This document shows, piece by piece, positions 1 through 9,271 of a stretch of 64,000 bases of DNA. Source of the DNA: an uncultured bacterium (lineage in GTDB: Bacteria; Armatimonadota; Hebobacteria; CAIYQO01); assembly GCA_903928345.1 (NCBI GenBank), contig CAIYQO010000273.1:4828-68827 (forward strand), read 5' to 3'. Under the pieces are notes generated by a model, which was given only the letters and a program-made list of their open reading frames with translations, was not told the origin of the DNA and did no database searches. The translations under genes were made by a program, and so were the position numbers. The stretch's first letter is position 1. Each line of letters starts with the position of its first letter.

Positions 1-405
1 GCGCTGCAGGGCAGCGGCCTCATCGTGCTCGACGCCCGCCTGCGCCTCGCCGCGGGGGAGAAGGATGCCATCAAGGCGAAGATGGAGCGCCTGGAGGAGA
101 AACGCACCTCGCGCCAGCCCACCCGTTGCCGCACCGCCGGCAGCACCTTTAAGAATCCCCCGGACATCGCCGCCGGCAAGCTCATCGACCGCGCCGGCTG
201 CAAAGCCCACCGCATCGGCGGCGCCGAGGTGTCGGACAAACACGCCAACTTCATCATCGCCCACCCCGACGCCACCGCCACCGACATCCGCCACCTCGCC
301 CACTGGATGCACCGCCGCGTCAAAGACGCCTTCGACCGCGACCTGGAGATGGAAGTCGAACTGGTCGGCGACTGGGACGGCTGGCGCGCGGATGAAGAGG
401 CGTAA
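1..405 (+). CDS. murB: UDP-N-acetylmuramate dehydrogenase, C-terminal part (5' truncated by window)
   Basis: QP..AGSTFKNP, AGKLID, GGAEVSDKHANFI and LEMEV motifs of the MurB C-terminal domain. Confidence 0.95.
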   Translation, partial: ALQGSGLIVLDARLRLAAGEKDAIKAKMERLEEKRTSRQPTRCRTAGSTFKNPPDIAAGKLIDRAGCKAHRIGGAEVSDKHANFIIAHPDATATDIRHLAHWMHRRVKDAFDRDLEMEVELVGDWDGWRADEEA

Positions 406-490
406 ACGGGTGATCCGTAACGGACGCCCGCGCCAGCTCTGTTCGAGGCCACACACCGCCCGCCCATGTCCGATCTTCCGCCCGCCCGCG

Positions 491-519
491 TTGACGCTGG
501 CGCCGGTTCGGGGTATAGT
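491..519 (+). promoter_or_regulatory. sigma70-type promoter, probably driving a leaderless mRNA
   Basis: TTGACG-N17-TATAGT, with ATG at 526 six nt after the -10 box and no SD. Confidence 0.65.
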
Positions 520-525
520 GAGCGT

Positions 526-1026
526 ATGGAGCAACGCCGGGAGAAGGTGCGGCCGCGGGTGGCGGCACCGCGGTATGGGTTCTTCGCCACCGCGCTGTGG
601 ACGGTGCTGGGTATGGCCGTGCTGGCCGTGGGCGGCTTCTTCGTCGCCCGCGAGTTCTTCGCGCCGCGCTACCTGCACGCCTCCGGCGTGCACGAGAACC
701 GCTTCAAACCGATCCGCGTCCTCTCCCCCGAAGAGGCGCAGGCCATAGCGCAGGACGCCCCCTCCAAGGTGTGGACCGAAGGCGTGAAGCCGTCCGACGT
801 GCCCGCACTGCCCGGCAAACCGGCGCCGAAGAAGAACGGCTCCAAAACGGCCACCCCCGCGAAACCCGCGGGGCCCGCCAAGGTGGACACCCCCGCCGTG
901 CCGGCCGACGCCCCGGTGGACGCCCCCGCCGCGGACAACACCGCCCCGCCAGCCTCCCCCGAGCCGACGCCCGCCCCGTCCACCGACACGCCGAAGGAGC
1001 CGACAACCTCCACACCGCCCGACTAG
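526..1026 (+). CDS. hypothetical single-TM protein with Pro/Ala/Thr-rich tail
   Basis: TM segment FFATALWTVLGMAVLAVGGFFVA followed by low-complexity PAPA-type tail; start taken from promoter position. Confidence 0.7.
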   Translation: MEQRREKVRPRVAAPRYGFFATALWTVLGMAVLAVGGFFVAREFFAPRYLHASGVHENRFKPIRVLSPEEAQAIAQDAPSKVWTEGVKPSDVPALPGKPAPKKNGSKTATPAKPAGPAKVDTPAVPADAPVDAPAADNTAPPASPEPTPAPSTDTPKEPTTSTPPD

Positions 1027-1030
1027 TCCG

Positions 1031-1182
1031 ATTTTGGATTGCGGATTGCGGATTGCGGATTAAGCGCTTGCCGGTGACCACGTCCCTTTCCCCATGACTA
1101 AAGCAGGTCGGGGAAACGCAACCGGAGTCGCGATCAGCCCAGCGCCCCACCCCAATCCGCAATCCGCAATCCGCAATCCGCA
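1031..1182. repeat. inverted pair of heptamer tandem tracts (GATTGCG)n ... (CGCAATC)n, family C
   Basis: ggattgcggattgcggattgcggatt at about 1036-1061 and aatccgcaatccgcaatccgcaatccgca at 1154-1182. Confidence 0.9.
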
Positions 1183-1194
1183 CTCTACAATACA

Positions 1195-2370
1195 ATGAAC
1201 GTCTTCATCCTGGCCGGGGAACCCTCCGGCGATTTTCATGGCGCGCGGTTGGCGCTGGCGTTGCGCACCCTGATGCCCGGGGTGGCGCTGGCCGGCGTCG
1301 GTGGCGCGCGCATGCGCGAGGCGGGGGTGGAGCTGGCCATGGTCAGCGAGCACTGGGGCGCCATCGGCATTCCGGAATCGCTGCGCAAGGCGCCCGCCCT
1401 GATCGCGCATGGGCTCCGACTGGCGGCCCTGCTGCAGGCGCATCCCCCCGACGTGCTGGTGACCATCGACTTCGGCGCCTTCAACGTGCGCCTGTTGCGC
1501 CTGCTGCGCAAACGCGGCGTGCCCGGCGCCCGCGTGTATTACATCCCCCCCGGCTCGTGGTCGCGCAGCCGCAAGCCCGGCGCGCTGCCCTTCCTGGTAG
1601 ACGCCATCGCCACGCCCTTCCCCTGGTCCGCCGCCAACCTGCGCGCGGCGGGCGCGCCGTGCCAGGTGGAATGGGTGGGGCATCCGGTGCTCGATGCCAC
1701 CGCGACCCCGTGCGACCGCGCCGCCGTGCGTGCCGCGCTGGACATCCCCGCGGCGGCGCCCGTGGTGGCGCTGGTGCCCGGCAGCCGGTTGAGCGAGCTG
1801 AAGTACCTGCTGCCGACCTTCGTGGACACCGTGCGCCGCCTGCAGCCGCAACCCGTGTGCCTGGTCACCGTGGCACCGAGTCTGGGGCAGGACCGCCTCG
1901 CGCGCCTGCTGCCCGCCGACCTGTCCGTGCGCCTGCTCGACGGGCTGGATCCCGCCCGCCTGCCCATCGCCGACGCCGCGCTGGTCACTTCCGGCACCGC
2001 CACGCTGGAGGTCGCCTGCGCCGGGGTGCCGCTGGTGGTGGCCTACAAGATTTCGCCGGGGACGCATTTGCAAGTGCTGGCGCTGCAAGCCCTGAGGATG
2101 GCGCCGAAGTACTTCGGCCTGCCGAATATCCTGCTCGACGCCCCGGTGACACCGGAGTTCTTCGGACGCGCCGCCACCCCCACCGCGCTGGCGGACGCCC
2201 TCACCCCGCTGCTCACCGACACCCCTGCCCGCCGCGCGCAAACCGACGCCTTCGCCGCCATTCGCCGCACGCTGGGCGACGGCCACGCCGCCCTGCGCAC
2301 CGCCGCCCTCATCTGCCGCGTCGCCGGGGTCACCCCCGCGGCGGCGGTGCCGGGGGCGCTGGAGGCATAA
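1195..2370 (+). CDS. lpxB: lipid-A-disaccharide synthase
   Basis: AGEPSGD, IDFGAFN, VGHP, PGSR.SE, SGTATLE and GLPNIL motifs. Confidence 0.92.
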   Translation: MNVFILAGEPSGDFHGARLALALRTLMPGVALAGVGGARMREAGVELAMVSEHWGAIGIPESLRKAPALIAHGLRLAALLQAHPPDVLVTIDFGAFNVRLLRLLRKRGVPGARVYYIPPGSWSRSRKPGALPFLVDAIATPFPWSAANLRAAGAPCQVEWVGHPVLDATATPCDRAAVRAALDIPAAAPVVALVPGSRLSELKYLLPTFVDTVRRLQPQPVCLVTVAPSLGQDRLARLLPADLSVRLLDGLDPARLPIADAALVTSGTATLEVACAGVPLVVAYKISPGTHLQVLALQALRMAPKYFGLPNILLDAPVTPEFFGRAATPTALADALTPLLTDTPARRAQTDAFAAIRRTLGDGHAALRTAALICRVAGVTPAAAVPGALEA

Positions 2371-2400
2371 AAAACGCGGGGCAGCCATGGCCGCCCCGCG
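2369..2400 (-). terminator. intrinsic terminator of the ABC/DUF3299 operon
   Basis: cgcggggc..gccccgcg stem with A6 on + strand (U-tract on - strand). Confidence 0.7.
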
Positions 2401-2424
2401 CATCCGCGCACGCGTCTCCCCCTA

Positions 2425-2955
2425 TTACCGCACCACCAGCTCCGCGTCATCCATGTAGTACAGGCATTCCTCGCGGTAGGTGGAATCCTTTGCCAGGCGC
2501 AGTTTGCCATACACCTCGACCGGACGGTCGGTGATATCGACCTTGCGGTCGTGGCTCATATTCACCTTCACCACTTCGGAAATGCCCGGCGGGTAGCAGA
2601 AGTAGCAGCCGCGCGGCTTGGGCGCCACGAAGAACTCCGGCGCTTTGCCCGGATGCAACGGCAGCAGGAAGCCGCGCACGGTGGCGAGTTTTCCGACCAG
2701 CGGCTTCACGAGCGGCGGCACCACGGGCAGATCGTCATCCGGCCAGACCCCCTGCTTCAGCACGGACCATTCCAGCGCGGTAAACGCGCCCGGGGGCGGC
2801 TGGCGCAGGTAGCCCTCCTCGTTGAAGGGGAGCAACCGACCGATGAAGCCGGTGACGTAGCCCACCGCCAGCAGCCCGGCGACGGCGACGATTCCGGCGA
2901 TGGTGATGACGGTGTTACGTCGGCGGGTGTGTATCGAAACGTGCTTGCGCGGCAT
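2425..2955 (-). CDS. DUF3299-like membrane-anchored protein
   Basis: N-terminal TM, W..L, VRGFLLPL, CYFCYPP and V.V.G.L pattern; lies directly downstream of ABC permease. Confidence 0.7.
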   Translation of the reverse strand: MPRKHVSIHTRRRNTVITIAGIVAVAGLLAVGYVTGFIGRLLPFNEEGYLRQPPPGAFTALEWSVLKQGVWPDDDLPVVPPLVKPLVGKLATVRGFLLPLHPGKAPEFFVAPKPRGCYFCYPPGISEVVKVNMSHDRKVDITDRPVEVYGKLRLAKDSTYREECLYYMDDAELVVR

Positions 2956-2961
2956 GGGGTT

Positions 2962-4188
2962 TTACTCCGTAATCAACGTCTCCGCCACCGGCAGACGGTA
3001 AGCCATCACGGCGGGCAAGATGCCCGCGAGGATGCCCAGCACCCAGACGCTGACGGCAATCACGACCTCGCTGCCGTCGGTGCGCCAGGCATGTGGCGCC
3101 ACGCCGTAATGCAGCAGCGTCCACGCGCTGCTCGCGGCCACCGCGCCGTGCCCGAGCAGCCACCCGCCCACCACGCCGATGCCGGCGAGGAGCGCGGCTT
3201 CCAGCGTGATGAGCCGGAAGACGTCTCCCTGGGTAGCGCCCAGCGCGCGCAGCACGGCGATGTCGCGCCGGCGCTGGTAGATGGTGAGGTAGAGGCTGAT
3301 CAAAATCGAGAGCCCGGCGACAAGGACGACGAGATAAGCCACGCCGAGGAGTAACTTCTGCAGCGGCGCGATGAAGTTCATGCCCAGCGCGGAGATCTGG
3401 TCTACCGGGATCGCCGCCATGGCGGACTGGCTGCGGTTCACCTCGTCCACGAAGCGGTAGGCGCGCCCGGCCTGATGGAGTTGGATGAGCAGCGCGGTGA
3501 CCATCCCCTCGGCGCGGTGGCGGGCTTCCGGCGCTTTGGCGCCTTCTTCCTCCACCGCCTCGTGCTCATGCAGCTTCCACACGCTGTGATAGTCGGTGTA
3601 GATGGCGCGGTCCTGACTGGTGCCGGTGGGGGCCAGGATGCCGACCACGGTGTAGGGGAAGGCGGTGTGCGCTTCGCCGCCGACAGACCAGCCGTGGCTG
3701 CCCACGATCTGCTTCCCGAGCGGGATATCGAAGCGCCGCGCGATCTCCGCGCCGATCACAGCTTGAAACGGTTTGTCGAACATCACCCCGCGGTCGAGCA
3801 GACGCTCCCCTGCCTCGGCGCGCGGCGCGAAGTACTCCGTGGTGGTGCCCACGATGGGCGTGCCGAAGTAGTTGTCGCCCATGTTCACCGGCACGATGCG
3901 CTGCACTGCCTTATCCGCCGCCAGCGTCTTCCACACGCCCACGTCGATGTTGCCGGTGGGCTGGTCGAGGTAGTAGAGCACGTTGAGGGTGAGCTGCAGC
4001 GGGCTGCCTTTGGCGCCGACGAGCACGTTCCAGTTGCCGGACTCCGCCATCAGCGTCTGCTGCGTCTCACGCGCGAGGAGGAGCACGCTGGTGGCGAGCG
4101 CGAGGCCCAAGGCTACCGAAACGACGGTGAGCACGGTGATGAGCAGGCGCGCGCGCAGGTAGATGAGGGCGAGTTTGAGGTCAGACAT
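2962..4188 (-). CDS. ABC transporter permease (MacB/FtsX family)
   Basis: VGAKGSPLQL.L, MGDNY.G, RRRDIAVLRALGA; four TM segments; His/Glu-rich loop HEHEAVEEE. Confidence 0.9.
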   Translation of the reverse strand: MSDLKLALIYLRARLLITVLTVVSVALGLALATSVLLLARETQQTLMAESGNWNVLVGAKGSPLQLTLNVLYYLDQPTGNIDVGVWKTLAADKAVQRIVPVNMGDNYFGTPIVGTTTEYFAPRAEAGERLLDRGVMFDKPFQAVIGAEIARRFDIPLGKQIVGSHGWSVGGEAHTAFPYTVVGILAPTGTSQDRAIYTDYHSVWKLHEHEAVEEEGAKAPEARHRAEGMVTALLIQLHQAGRAYRFVDEVNRSQSAMAAIPVDQISALGMNFIAPLQKLLLGVAYLVVLVAGLSILISLYLTIYQRRRDIAVLRALGATQGDVFRLITLEAALLAGIGVVGGWLLGHGAVAASSAWTLLHYGVAPHAWRTDGSEVVIAVSVWVLGILAGILPAVMAYRLPVAETLITE

Positions 4189-4870
4189 GGGCCACCTCCG
4201 CCGGGTTGCGCATCCAGCCGGCCGCGTCGAGCACGCGGTCGAAACGATCGCGAATGGTGGGGTCGTGGCTCACGGCGAGCATCGTGGTGCCGTGCTCCGC
4301 GCACAGGTCGAAGAGCAAATCGAGCACGTTGGCGGCGTTGGCGGTGTCCAGGCTGGCGGTGGGCTCGTCGGCGAGGAGCAACGGCGGCTCGTTGATGAGC
4401 GCGCGGGCGATGGCCACGCGCTGCTGCTCGCCGAGGGAGAGTTCTCCGGGCCGGTGCAGCGTGCGCGTGCCCAGCCCCACGCGGTCGAGCAGCGCGTGCG
4501 CCTTGGCGTGGGCCTCCGCCGTCGTCCACTTGCGCCCATAGCGCGCCCCGAGCAGCAGGTTGTCGAGCACGGTGAGCGGCGCGAGGAGCTGGAACGACTG
4601 GAAGATGAGCCCGATGTGGTAGCCGCGGAAAAGATCGGCCTCCGCGGTGTCCATCTCGTCCACCCGCTCGCCGTCTACCACGATCTGTCCGCGGTCGGGG
4701 TGCAGCAGCCCGGCAAGCAGGTTGAGCAGCGTCGTTTTGCCGCACCCGCTGGGCCCGGCCACCAGCACGCGCTCCCCGCGCGCCACTGTGAGCGACTGTA
4801 CTGTCCAGCGTAACGGCGTCCGTGTGTTGCGCGTGATGAAGACCTTGTCCACGTCCTGGCAGAGAATCAT
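4181..4870 (-). CDS. ABC transporter ATP-binding protein
   Basis: Walker A GPSGCGKT, LSLGEQQRV signature, LLADEPT, SHD. Confidence 0.95.
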   Translation of the reverse strand: MILCQDVDKVFITRNTRTPLRWTVQSLTVARGERVLVAGPSGCGKTTLLNLLAGLLHPDRGQIVVDGERVDEMDTAEADLFRGYHIGLIFQSFQLLAPLTVLDNLLLGARYGRKWTTAEAHAKAHALLDRVGLGTRTLHRPGELSLGEQQRVAIARALINEPPLLLADEPTASLDTANAANVLDLLFDLCAEHGTTMLAVSHDPTIRDRFDRVLDAAGWMRNPAEVAHV

Positions 4871-4966
4871 AAGTGCATACCTGATAATGTGGGCGATAAC
4901 CGCCGGATTCGTTTATGGATATACCCGCACGCGCGTGCCGGTAATCGACAGGCGGGCCGAAAACGG

Positions 4967-6145
4967 CTATTTTGCCCAGGAAGCGGTGAAATCGACCACC
5001 TCACCCGGCGCCGCCTGCTTGCGGAAGGTCGACGTGGCGACCAGCTCGCGCAGTTGGGCCTCGAAGGCGTCGGCGTCGATGGGCACGGGCACCGGGCGCT
5101 GCTGGAAGCTGGAGAGCATGATGCCGTTAGCCAGCGTGACGCCGCGCAGCCCTTCGGGGCCGTGGGCGATGAGGTCGAGGGGTTGCGCGCGGCGGATGGC
5201 GTCGAGAAACTTGCCGGTGACGAGGTGGTGCCCGGATTCCGTGTGCGGATAGGGGATCTCCGTCGGCCACGTCTCCACGTGGTCGAAGAGGGTCTTCGTC
5301 TCGCGGCAGAAGGTGAGCATCGACTGCCGGCAACGGTGGAAGGTAATTTTGCCGTCCTCCAGTACCACGCGGCCGTATTCGCCGACGATCTCCAGCCGGT
5401 TGACGCCGGGGGACTCTGCCGTCGACACGATGAAGTGGCCGATCATGCCGTCTTCATGCTCGAAGTACGCGGTCACCTCGTCCTCCACCTCGATATGGTG
5501 GTACTTGCCGATGCTCGCGTGGCCGGTGATGCGCGTGGGCAGGCCGAAGAGCCACTGGTACATGTCCAGATTGTGCGGGCACTGGTTGGTGAGGATGCCA
5601 CCGCCTTCGCCGCCCCAGGTGGCGCGCCAGCCACCGCTGTCGTAGTAGGCCTGCGAGCGGAACCAGGCGGTGTTGATCCAGGTGACGCGCGTCAGCCGTC
5701 CCAGCTCGCCGCCCTGCAGCAGGTCTTTCAGCTTGCGGTAGGCGGGTGCGGTACGCTCCTGGAACATGATGCCGAAGACGAGGTTGGGGTTGGCGGCACG
5801 CGCGTGCTCGTAGGCGTCGATCATCTTTTGCGCGTCATTCACGTGCACGGCGAGGGGTTTCTCGCACAGCACGTGCTTGCCGGCCTGGAAGGCGTGGATG
5901 GCGACGGGCGTGTGTGCATAGTGCGGCGTGGCGATGAGCACCGCGTCGACGACGCCGTGCGCGAGCAGCGCCTCATGATCGGTGAAGGGTTGCGCGCCGC
6001 ATTTCGCCGCCGCGGCGTCCGCGCGTTCGGGCACGATGTCGCACACCGCCGTCACCGTCACCCCCGGCAGCGACGTCAGGTACCCCAGGTGCCCCGACCC
6101 CATGCCGCCCAGCCCCACTACGCCCAGCCGAACCGTCTCTTGCAT
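4967..6145 (-). CDS. Gfo/Idh/MocA family oxidoreductase
   Basis: GVVGLGGMG, ATPHYAH, CEKP, GGGILTNQCPH.LD; start MQETVR after SD aaagggg. Confidence 0.92.
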   Translation of the reverse strand: MQETVRLGVVGLGGMGSGHLGYLTSLPGVTVTAVCDIVPERADAAAAKCGAQPFTDHEALLAHGVVDAVLIATPHYAHTPVAIHAFQAGKHVLCEKPLAVHVNDAQKMIDAYEHARAANPNLVFGIMFQERTAPAYRKLKDLLQGGELGRLTRVTWINTAWFRSQAYYDSGGWRATWGGEGGGILTNQCPHNLDMYQWLFGLPTRITGHASIGKYHHIEVEDEVTAYFEHEDGMIGHFIVSTAESPGVNRLEIVGEYGRVVLEDGKITFHRCRQSMLTFCRETKTLFDHVETWPTEIPYPHTESGHHLVTGKFLDAIRRAQPLDLIAHGPEGLRGVTLANGIMLSSFQQRPVPVPIDADAFEAQLRELVATSTFRKQAAPGEVVDFTASWAK

Positions 6146-6167
6146 CGCCGTTCCCCTTTCACCGCTT

Positions 6168-8726
6168 CTATTCCGCGACGACGACGCATTTCCCTGCGTC
6201 GGGGGCGTTTTCCGTGGTGGCAAGGGGCAGCATGATGCTGAATGTGCTGCCTTTGTTGCGCCCGGGGCTGTCAGCGGTGACATCGCCGCCGTGCAGCGCG
6301 ATGATGCCGCGGACGATGGCCAACCCCAGGCCCAGCCCACCGGCGCGCTCGTCGCGCTCAATCTGTTTGAAAGACGAGAAGACGGCGGGCAGGTCGCGCG
6401 CGGAGATGCCGCGCCCGGTGTCCGTCACGGTGAGGACCGCCGACGTCTCCTCGCGCGTACAGCGCACGGTAATGCTGCCCTCCGACGGGGTGAACTTCAT
6501 GGCGTTCTGCAGCAGATTCGAGATGCACTGCTGCACGCGCACCGCGTCGGCGAGGATGGGGAGCGGGTTGCCGCAGCCTTCCACCCGCAGCGTACCGCCC
6601 CACGCCTCGGCCGACTGTGCCAGATTCTCCAGCACTTGACGGGCTTCCAACGCCAGGTCGGTGGGGGCCAGGCAGATGAAGAGTTTGCGATGGAGCAGGC
6701 GCGACATGTCCAGCATATCCTTCACCAGGCGTTCCTGGCGGCGGGCGTTGCGCATCACCACCTCCAGCGCCTGCGCGTGCAGCGTGGGGTCGTCGCTCGC
6801 CAGCGCCAATTCCGTCCACCCGAGGATACTGGTCAGCGGCGTCTGCAGCTCATGGGAGAGGACGGCGAGGAATTCATCCTTCGCGCGGTCCGCCTCTTTC
6901 AACAGCGTCACGTCTTCGATGGCGCGCACGGCGGCCACGATCTCGCCGTCCAGGAAGATCGGCGCGGCGTGTACCAGCACATCGCGCTGCAACCCACTCG
7001 GCGCGAGCAAAATATACGGCGTGGCGGGGATCGTTTCCCCGCGCAACGCACGCGCCAGCGGCCAGGCGCTCATCGGCAACGGTGTGCGTGTCTCCGGGTC
7101 GAGGAACGCCAACTCGGTGATGCCTGCCACCCCCAACTCCGCCAGGAAAGTCACTTCCGCCTGGTTCACTCGGCGCGGTGCGCCGCCGTTGTCCAGCAGC
7201 GTCATCGGCATGGTCAGGGTTTCGATAGCCGCTGCCAGGTAGGCGCGCTCCATCTCCAGCGCGCAGGCGATCTGCTCACGCTGCGTGACATCCTGCACAA
7301 TGGAGCAGAGCAGTTGCCGCCCGCCAAATCGGAAGGGACTACAATCGACCGTCACCTCACGCAAACTGCCGTCGGCCAGACGATGCCGGAGATGGAAATG
7401 GCGCAGTTCGTTTTCGCGCACCTTGCGTATATTCTGGAGCACTTCATCCGGGGTGATGACATTGAGGTTGTGCGTCGGCATACCCTGCATCGTCGCACGC
7501 GGGTAGCCGTAGAAGGTGCACGCGGCAGGGTTGGCGTCTACAATCAGCCCGTCCTCAGTGTCGATGAGCAGCATCATCGCGGCCACTTCTTCGAAGAGGT
7601 TGTGGAAGCGCTCTTCGCTCTCGCGCAGCGCGGTGGTCCGCTCGGCCACCTGCACCTCCAGCGACTCGTTTACCGTGCGCAGCATGGCGGCGACGGCGTC
7701 CTGGGCGGCGTGCTGGGCGTCCAGCGTGGCGTTGATGCTTACCGCCAGCCGGTGCAACTCGTCATGCGGGCCGGCGAGGGGCAGCCGGGTCTGGGAATCC
7801 GTCTCAGCGCCGATCGCGGTGACGCCCCGCTCCAGCGTGAGCAGGCGGCGCAGCACCAGCCGCTCCAGCAACCAGAGCAACAGCAACCCGGTGAGGCAGC
7901 CGATGAGGCAGAGCAGCGCGATGGAGAGCTTCACGCTGCGCCGCCCCTCCTGATAGACAGTGCGCGGCAAAGAGACGTTCAGCACCAAGCACGGCACACC
8001 GGCCATGTCGTCGAGCAACGTGTGGTAGATGAGCGCAGTGGGCGAAACGCGTTCCAGTGTCGACCGGTGTCCCGCCGTCAACCCCGCGGCGGCCCGGTCG
8101 TGCAGGTCGCGCGTGAGGGTAAAGGCCATTGCGGAGGTGTCCGTAAGATGGGCGATTTCGGACGCGTCCAGGTAGCGCCCCATCACCAGGGTGCCGCGTG
8201 CAGGTCCACGGCGATCGCTGCGCAAAATGGGGGCGGCACAGCACAGAGCAGGCGCGTCGGGTAGATCGAGCACTCCCTGGCTGGCCGATGTCGTACGCAT
8301 CTTCAACCGCGACAGGTAGGCCAGTATGCGTGCCTGAATGGCGGGCGACAGTGGTTGCGAGGTTACCCGCAGGGAATCGACGCGGCGCCCGAGCACGGGG
8401 TGCCCCGCGGCATCGACGAGTAGCACCACGTCCACATCGAGGTTGGCCAGGGAGGCGTCGTTCGCTTCTTTCCACGACGCGTGCGCGGGATCTGCCATAT
8501 AGGCATACACTGCATCCCAGGCGGCCCAGTCGACGGTGGTGCGGGTGATGCGGTCGATCTCGTCACGCATATCCCCGCGCAATTGGCCGTAGCTGCGCAC
8601 CGCCAGCTTGGCTTCCTGGTCTGCCAGATTGACCGTCAACACCAGATAACTGGAGACGGACAGCAACAGCAGCAGGAGCAGCAGCGTTCCACCGATGCTT
8701 AGCAGTGTGCGGGTGCGGATAGACAT
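6168..8726 (-). CDS. membrane sensor histidine kinase (CHASE4-HAMP-PAS-PAS-HisKA-HATPase)
   Basis: DWAAWD (CHASE4), DELHRLA..IN (HAMP), ANPAACTFYGY (PAS), LSHELQTPL (H box), NLLQNAMKF, DTGRGI, GLGLGLAI. Confidence 0.9.
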   Translation of the reverse strand: MSIRTRTLLSIGGTLLLLLLLLSVSSYLVLTVNLADQEAKLAVRSYGQLRGDMRDEIDRITRTTVDWAAWDAVYAYMADPAHASWKEANDASLANLDVDVVLLVDAAGHPVLGRRVDSLRVTSQPLSPAIQARILAYLSRLKMRTTSASQGVLDLPDAPALCCAAPILRSDRRGPARGTLVMGRYLDASEIAHLTDTSAMAFTLTRDLHDRAAAGLTAGHRSTLERVSPTALIYHTLLDDMAGVPCLVLNVSLPRTVYQEGRRSVKLSIALLCLIGCLTGLLLLWLLERLVLRRLLTLERGVTAIGAETDSQTRLPLAGPHDELHRLAVSINATLDAQHAAQDAVAAMLRTVNESLEVQVAERTTALRESEERFHNLFEEVAAMMLLIDTEDGLIVDANPAACTFYGYPRATMQGMPTHNLNVITPDEVLQNIRKVRENELRHFHLRHRLADGSLREVTVDCSPFRFGGRQLLCSIVQDVTQREQIACALEMERAYLAAAIETLTMPMTLLDNGGAPRRVNQAEVTFLAELGVAGITELAFLDPETRTPLPMSAWPLARALRGETIPATPYILLAPSGLQRDVLVHAAPIFLDGEIVAAVRAIEDVTLLKEADRAKDEFLAVLSHELQTPLTSILGWTELALASDDPTLHAQALEVVMRNARRQERLVKDMLDMSRLLHRKLFICLAPTDLALEARQVLENLAQSAEAWGGTLRVEGCGNPLPILADAVRVQQCISNLLQNAMKFTPSEGSITVRCTREETSAVLTVTDTGRGISARDLPAVFSSFKQIERDERAGGLGLGLAIVRGIIALHGGDVTADSPGRNKGSTFSIMLPLATTENAPDAGKCVVVAE

Positions 8727-8857
8727 AGCGTCGATGTGTTCCGTAGTCGCGGCTCGGTTAAGGCGTAAAGAGATGCAATCAATGTATCATACGCGTTACC
8801 CGTGCAGGCGCTTGTATGATTTATCTGACAAAAACCCCTGGTATTCGATACCGATTG

Positions 8858-9271
8858 TTAACGTCCTGACGCATGTCGCGCGGCGATGTGCGCCACGTAC
8901 TCCTGATCGGTGATGCGGATGTGGCGCAGGAACCAGTCGTGCAGAAAGACCAGCAGCTCCTGCCCCTGCCGATGTTCACCCTGGCGCAAGGCGATATCCA
9001 GCGCGTTGACCTTCTCAATGAAGACGGCGTGGATCGCCCGGTGTCGGGGGAGCTCCGGGAAGGCGACGCGCTCCATCAGCGCCTCTTCGAAGCGCAGATG
9101 GCGGTGCGCATACCCGACGAGTTCGATGAGCACGTCGTGCAATCCCGCCACGTCATGGCCCGCGGTCACCAGAGCGTCGAGTGCGTTGATGACGGCGACC
9201 AGTTCGCGGTGCTGCTCATCGATCTCCTCGATGTGCGTGTTATAGAGTGCGTTCCAGGCGGTGATGGGCAT
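8858..9271 (-). CDS. bacteriohemerythrin
   Basis: W.....T....IDEQH, H.RFEEALM, H.A.H, W...HI...D; overlaps the upstream beta-galactosidase 3' end by 32 nt. Confidence 0.9.
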   Translation of the reverse strand: MPITAWNALYNTHIEEIDEQHRELVAVINALDALVTAGHDVAGLHDVLIELVGYAHRHLRFEEALMERVAFPELPRHRAIHAVFIEKVNALDIALRQGEHRQGQELLVFLHDWFLRHIRITDQEYVAHIAARHASGR

